A stretch of 60,802 nucleotides of DNA, counting the filler. It is 5 parts of 5 records of this genome, joined end to end, with 100 filler letters (N's around TTAATTAATTAA, not from the genome) between each part and the next. Parts side by side here need not be neighbours in the genome. Positions count along the whole stretch, not along the records: positions 52,491 to 60,802 come from SRR20825006_55; 4 more parts are not named here. The stretch is one strand, 5' to 3'. Under the pieces are notes generated by a model. It worked only from the letters and a program-made list of their open reading frames with translations. It made no database searches and was not told where the DNA came from. Shown piece after piece: positions 58,696-60,802 of this stretch. Position 1 is the first letter of the stretch; the number at the start of each line of letters is the position of its first letter. Both the position numbers and the translations under genes were made by a program.

Positions 58696-59880
58696 ATGAA
58701 AAAAATCATACTGGTGATTGGCGTCTTGGCGCTGGCAGGGTTTACCACTTGGTGGCTACAGGACGCGCCCCTTGATGACGCCGCCCGGCAGTGGCTGGAC
58801 ACCACTCCCAGCGATGACAATCCCGCTTACGCTTATCTGTTGGGCTTTGGCGCGCCCGCCGATCAATCCCCTGCCCGGCAAGGTCAGGCGCTGGTTCAGC
58901 GGCAAAAAAACCATCCTGACCTGTCACTTCCCAATAGCTACCGGGACCTGAATGCATCTCCTCTGCTATGCCGGAATATGAACGCCAGCTGCCTGCTTCA
59001 TCAACAGGAAAAACGCGTGAAATCTGAGGCACTGGTGAACCGGTATCAGTTCCTGATCGAGCGCTATCAGACTTTTTTGGATTTTGCGTATTTTGCGGAC
59101 AACACACCGCCTCGTCTGGATGCCACTTTTCCTGAATACAGCCTGCTGGTCACCGCCTCACGGCTGCAATCCCTCGCTTGGGCGATCAGTGACGCGCCCG
59201 AAAAAAATATCGACAGGGAAATACAGCTGCTACGGCGCTGGCTCACCCAGGACCATAGCCTGATCAGCAAGATGATCGCCAATGCGATGCTGGCAGAAAA
59301 ACTGCAACTGGTGGCCCTGCTGGTGCAGCAAGGAAAAATCTCCACGCCGGAGCTTGCGCCGCTCAGCACAGCGGAAAAAAGCTTTCAGGCACCATTGCAG
59401 AAAGAATTCGCGATGATGGCGCACTTTTTCATTGATGAGCAATACTGGAACGGCAATGAAGCAGCAAGCTGGATTGAAGAAATACAATTCAGGACAGGCC
59501 TGAAAAAACATATTAGCGTTAACCGCATGCTACCGCTTTACCAACACTATGCGCAGCTTGCTGAGCAGCCTGTTGATGTCATCGAAGCCGACCCGTTTCA
59601 CCCCGAGCCCGCCTCGACGAGTGAGACTATCCGTAACCCTATCGGCAATGTCTTGCTGGAAACCGCGTCGCCGGATTTCAAGCAATATCTACTGAGGCTC
59701 GTGCATCTGGATGCACGCATGGCGTTACTGAAACAGCTTGATAAAACGGAAACAGACAACCCGGCGAACAATCCCTGGACGCCGGGCAAGGCTGACACGC
59801 TGACCCGCAAAGATCAGCAGCTATGCTTTCGTCACTCGCCAGACAATGGCCGCTATAATTCCTGCCTGCCTTTGCTGTAA
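58696..59880 (+). CDS. Hypothetical membrane-anchored protein
   Basis: 394-aa ORF with an N-terminal hydrophobic anchor; no motif recognised. Confidence 0.7.
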   Translation: MKKIILVIGVLALAGFTTWWLQDAPLDDAARQWLDTTPSDDNPAYAYLLGFGAPADQSPARQGQALVQRQKNHPDLSLPNSYRDLNASPLLCRNMNASCLLHQQEKRVKSEALVNRYQFLIERYQTFLDFAYFADNTPPRLDATFPEYSLLVTASRLQSLAWAISDAPEKNIDREIQLLRRWLTQDHSLISKMIANAMLAEKLQLVALLVQQGKISTPELAPLSTAEKSFQAPLQKEFAMMAHFFIDEQYWNGNEAASWIEEIQFRTGLKKHISVNRMLPLYQHYAQLAEQPVDVIEADPFHPEPASTSETIRNPIGNVLLETASPDFKQYLLRLVHLDARMALLKQLDKTETDNPANNPWTPGKADTLTRKDQQLCFRHSPDNGRYNSCLPLL

Positions 59881-59939
59881 CTCAAAACCGTCTCCGCTTT
59901 AGCCTGAAGCCTGTTGCGTTCAGCATGTAGCGTATCCCG

Positions 59940-60650
59940 CTACATGCTGCGCTGATTCACCCGTGCCATCAGTTGCTCGGCCGATTCCTTTCGCTCGGAA
60001 TAACGATCGGTCAGATAATCACTGCGATCACGGGTCAAGTAAGTGAACTTCACCAACTCTTCCATCACATCGACAATGCGATCATAAAACCCGGAGGGTT
60101 TCATGCGGTCATTGTCATCGAATTCCAGAAAGGCTTTCGGCACAGAAGATTGATTGGGAATGGTGACCATGCGCATCCATCGGCCCAGCACGCGTAACTG
60201 GCTAACCGTGTTGAACGACTGGGAGCCACCGCTGATTTGCATTACTGCCAGGGTTTTTCCCTGGGTCGGGCGAACCGCTCCCAACGATAAAGGAATCCAG
60301 TCGATCTGTGCTTTCATGATGCCGGTCATGGCGCCGTGACGTTCTGGCGAGCACCACACCATCCCTTCGCTCCAGGTCACCAGATCACGCAGCTCTTGCA
60401 CCTTGGGATGCGTTACATCTTCGCTGTCTGGCAACGGCAAACCATCGGCATGAAAAATTGTCGTTTCTGCGCCCATGGCTTCCAGTAAGCGCGCCGCTTC
60501 CTGCACCACCAAACGGCTAAAGGAACGCTGACGCAGCGACCCATACAACAACAGAATGCGCGGCTTGTGTGTGGACGGCTGATCCCGGAACACGCTGTCG
60601 CTAGTGGGAACCTGGAAGCTGTCGTTATCAAGATTAGGGGTGTCACTCAT
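59940..60650 (-). CDS. arsH: Arsenical resistance NADPH-dependent FMN reductase ArsH
   Basis: '[13 protein letters not shown]', '[12 protein letters not shown]', '[10 protein letters not shown]', 'DRYSERKE'; likely ATG at 60650. Confidence 0.94.
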   Translation of the reverse strand: MSDTPNLDNDSFQVPTSDSVFRDQPSTHKPRILLLYGSLRQRSFSRLVVQEAARLLEAMGAETTIFHADGLPLPDSEDVTHPKVQELRDLVTWSEGMVWCSPERHGAMTGIMKAQIDWIPLSLGAVRPTQGKTLAVMQISGGSQSFNTVSQLRVLGRWMRMVTIPNQSSVPKAFLEFDDNDRMKPSGFYDRIVDVMEELVKFTYLTRDRSDYLTDRYSERKESAEQLMARVNQRSM

Positions 60651-60715
60651 GATACTTTGCCTGTTTTCCAGAAGCCCTATTCGCGATGCAAGCATCGCGA
60701 AGGGTCTTGGTTTTA

Positions 60716-60802
60716 CTATTGACTGCCTTCTTCAAACCAATGCGAGGTACGATTGACAATCGCCACCAGCGACAACATCACCGGCACCTCCACCAGCACC
60801 CC
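60716..60802 (-). CDS. acr3: Acr3 arsenite efflux permease C-terminus (partial)
   Basis: Manual translation [31 protein letters not shown]; upstream of arsH. Confidence 0.85.
   Translation of the reverse strand, partial: GVLVEVPVMLSLVAIVNRTSHWFEEGSQ

Overview
This window is not one locus. It is five unrelated contigs joined by artificial 100-nt spacers (N44-TTAATTAATTAA-N44); the taxonomic labels below are inferred from base composition and gene content. (1) 1-30956, AT-rich, Balneolaceae/Bacteroidota-like accessory region: two T9SS-CTD secreted proteins, a VapBC-type TA pair, a complete type II CBASS operon (CD-NTase, Cap2, Cap3, HNH-SAVED) with an extra coupled 80-aa gene, a Zn/Cd/Co resistance cluster bracketed by two copies of a hairpin+GCTCCCC+HTH module, and a phage-satellite-like module at about 26-30 kb. 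In that module the ORF caller's fragments join into intact genes (XRE-like repressor, 706-aa NrS-1-like primase-polymerase/SF3 helicase, 177-aa protein) only if UGA is read as sense. At least three of the seven internal TGAs sit at Trp-consensus positions, while the flanking genes use UGA as stop. This apparent UGA=Trp recoded element inside a standard-code contig is the main finding. (2) 31057-38841, alphaproteobacterial sugar-uptake region (chvE-mmsA-mmsB, LacI, MalK-like ATPase). (3) 38942-46492, Flavobacteriaceae-like copper-resistance cluster. (4) 46593-52390, alphaproteobacterial housekeeping run nuoN-birA-coaX-rnj-mce. (5) 52491-60802, Alcanivorax-like gammaproteobacterial region (pilU, slyX, yybP-ykoY riboswitch with TMEM165, yaeQ, DUF1611 and racemase, arsH, acr3). 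I saw no CRISPR array, rRNA or intact tRNA.
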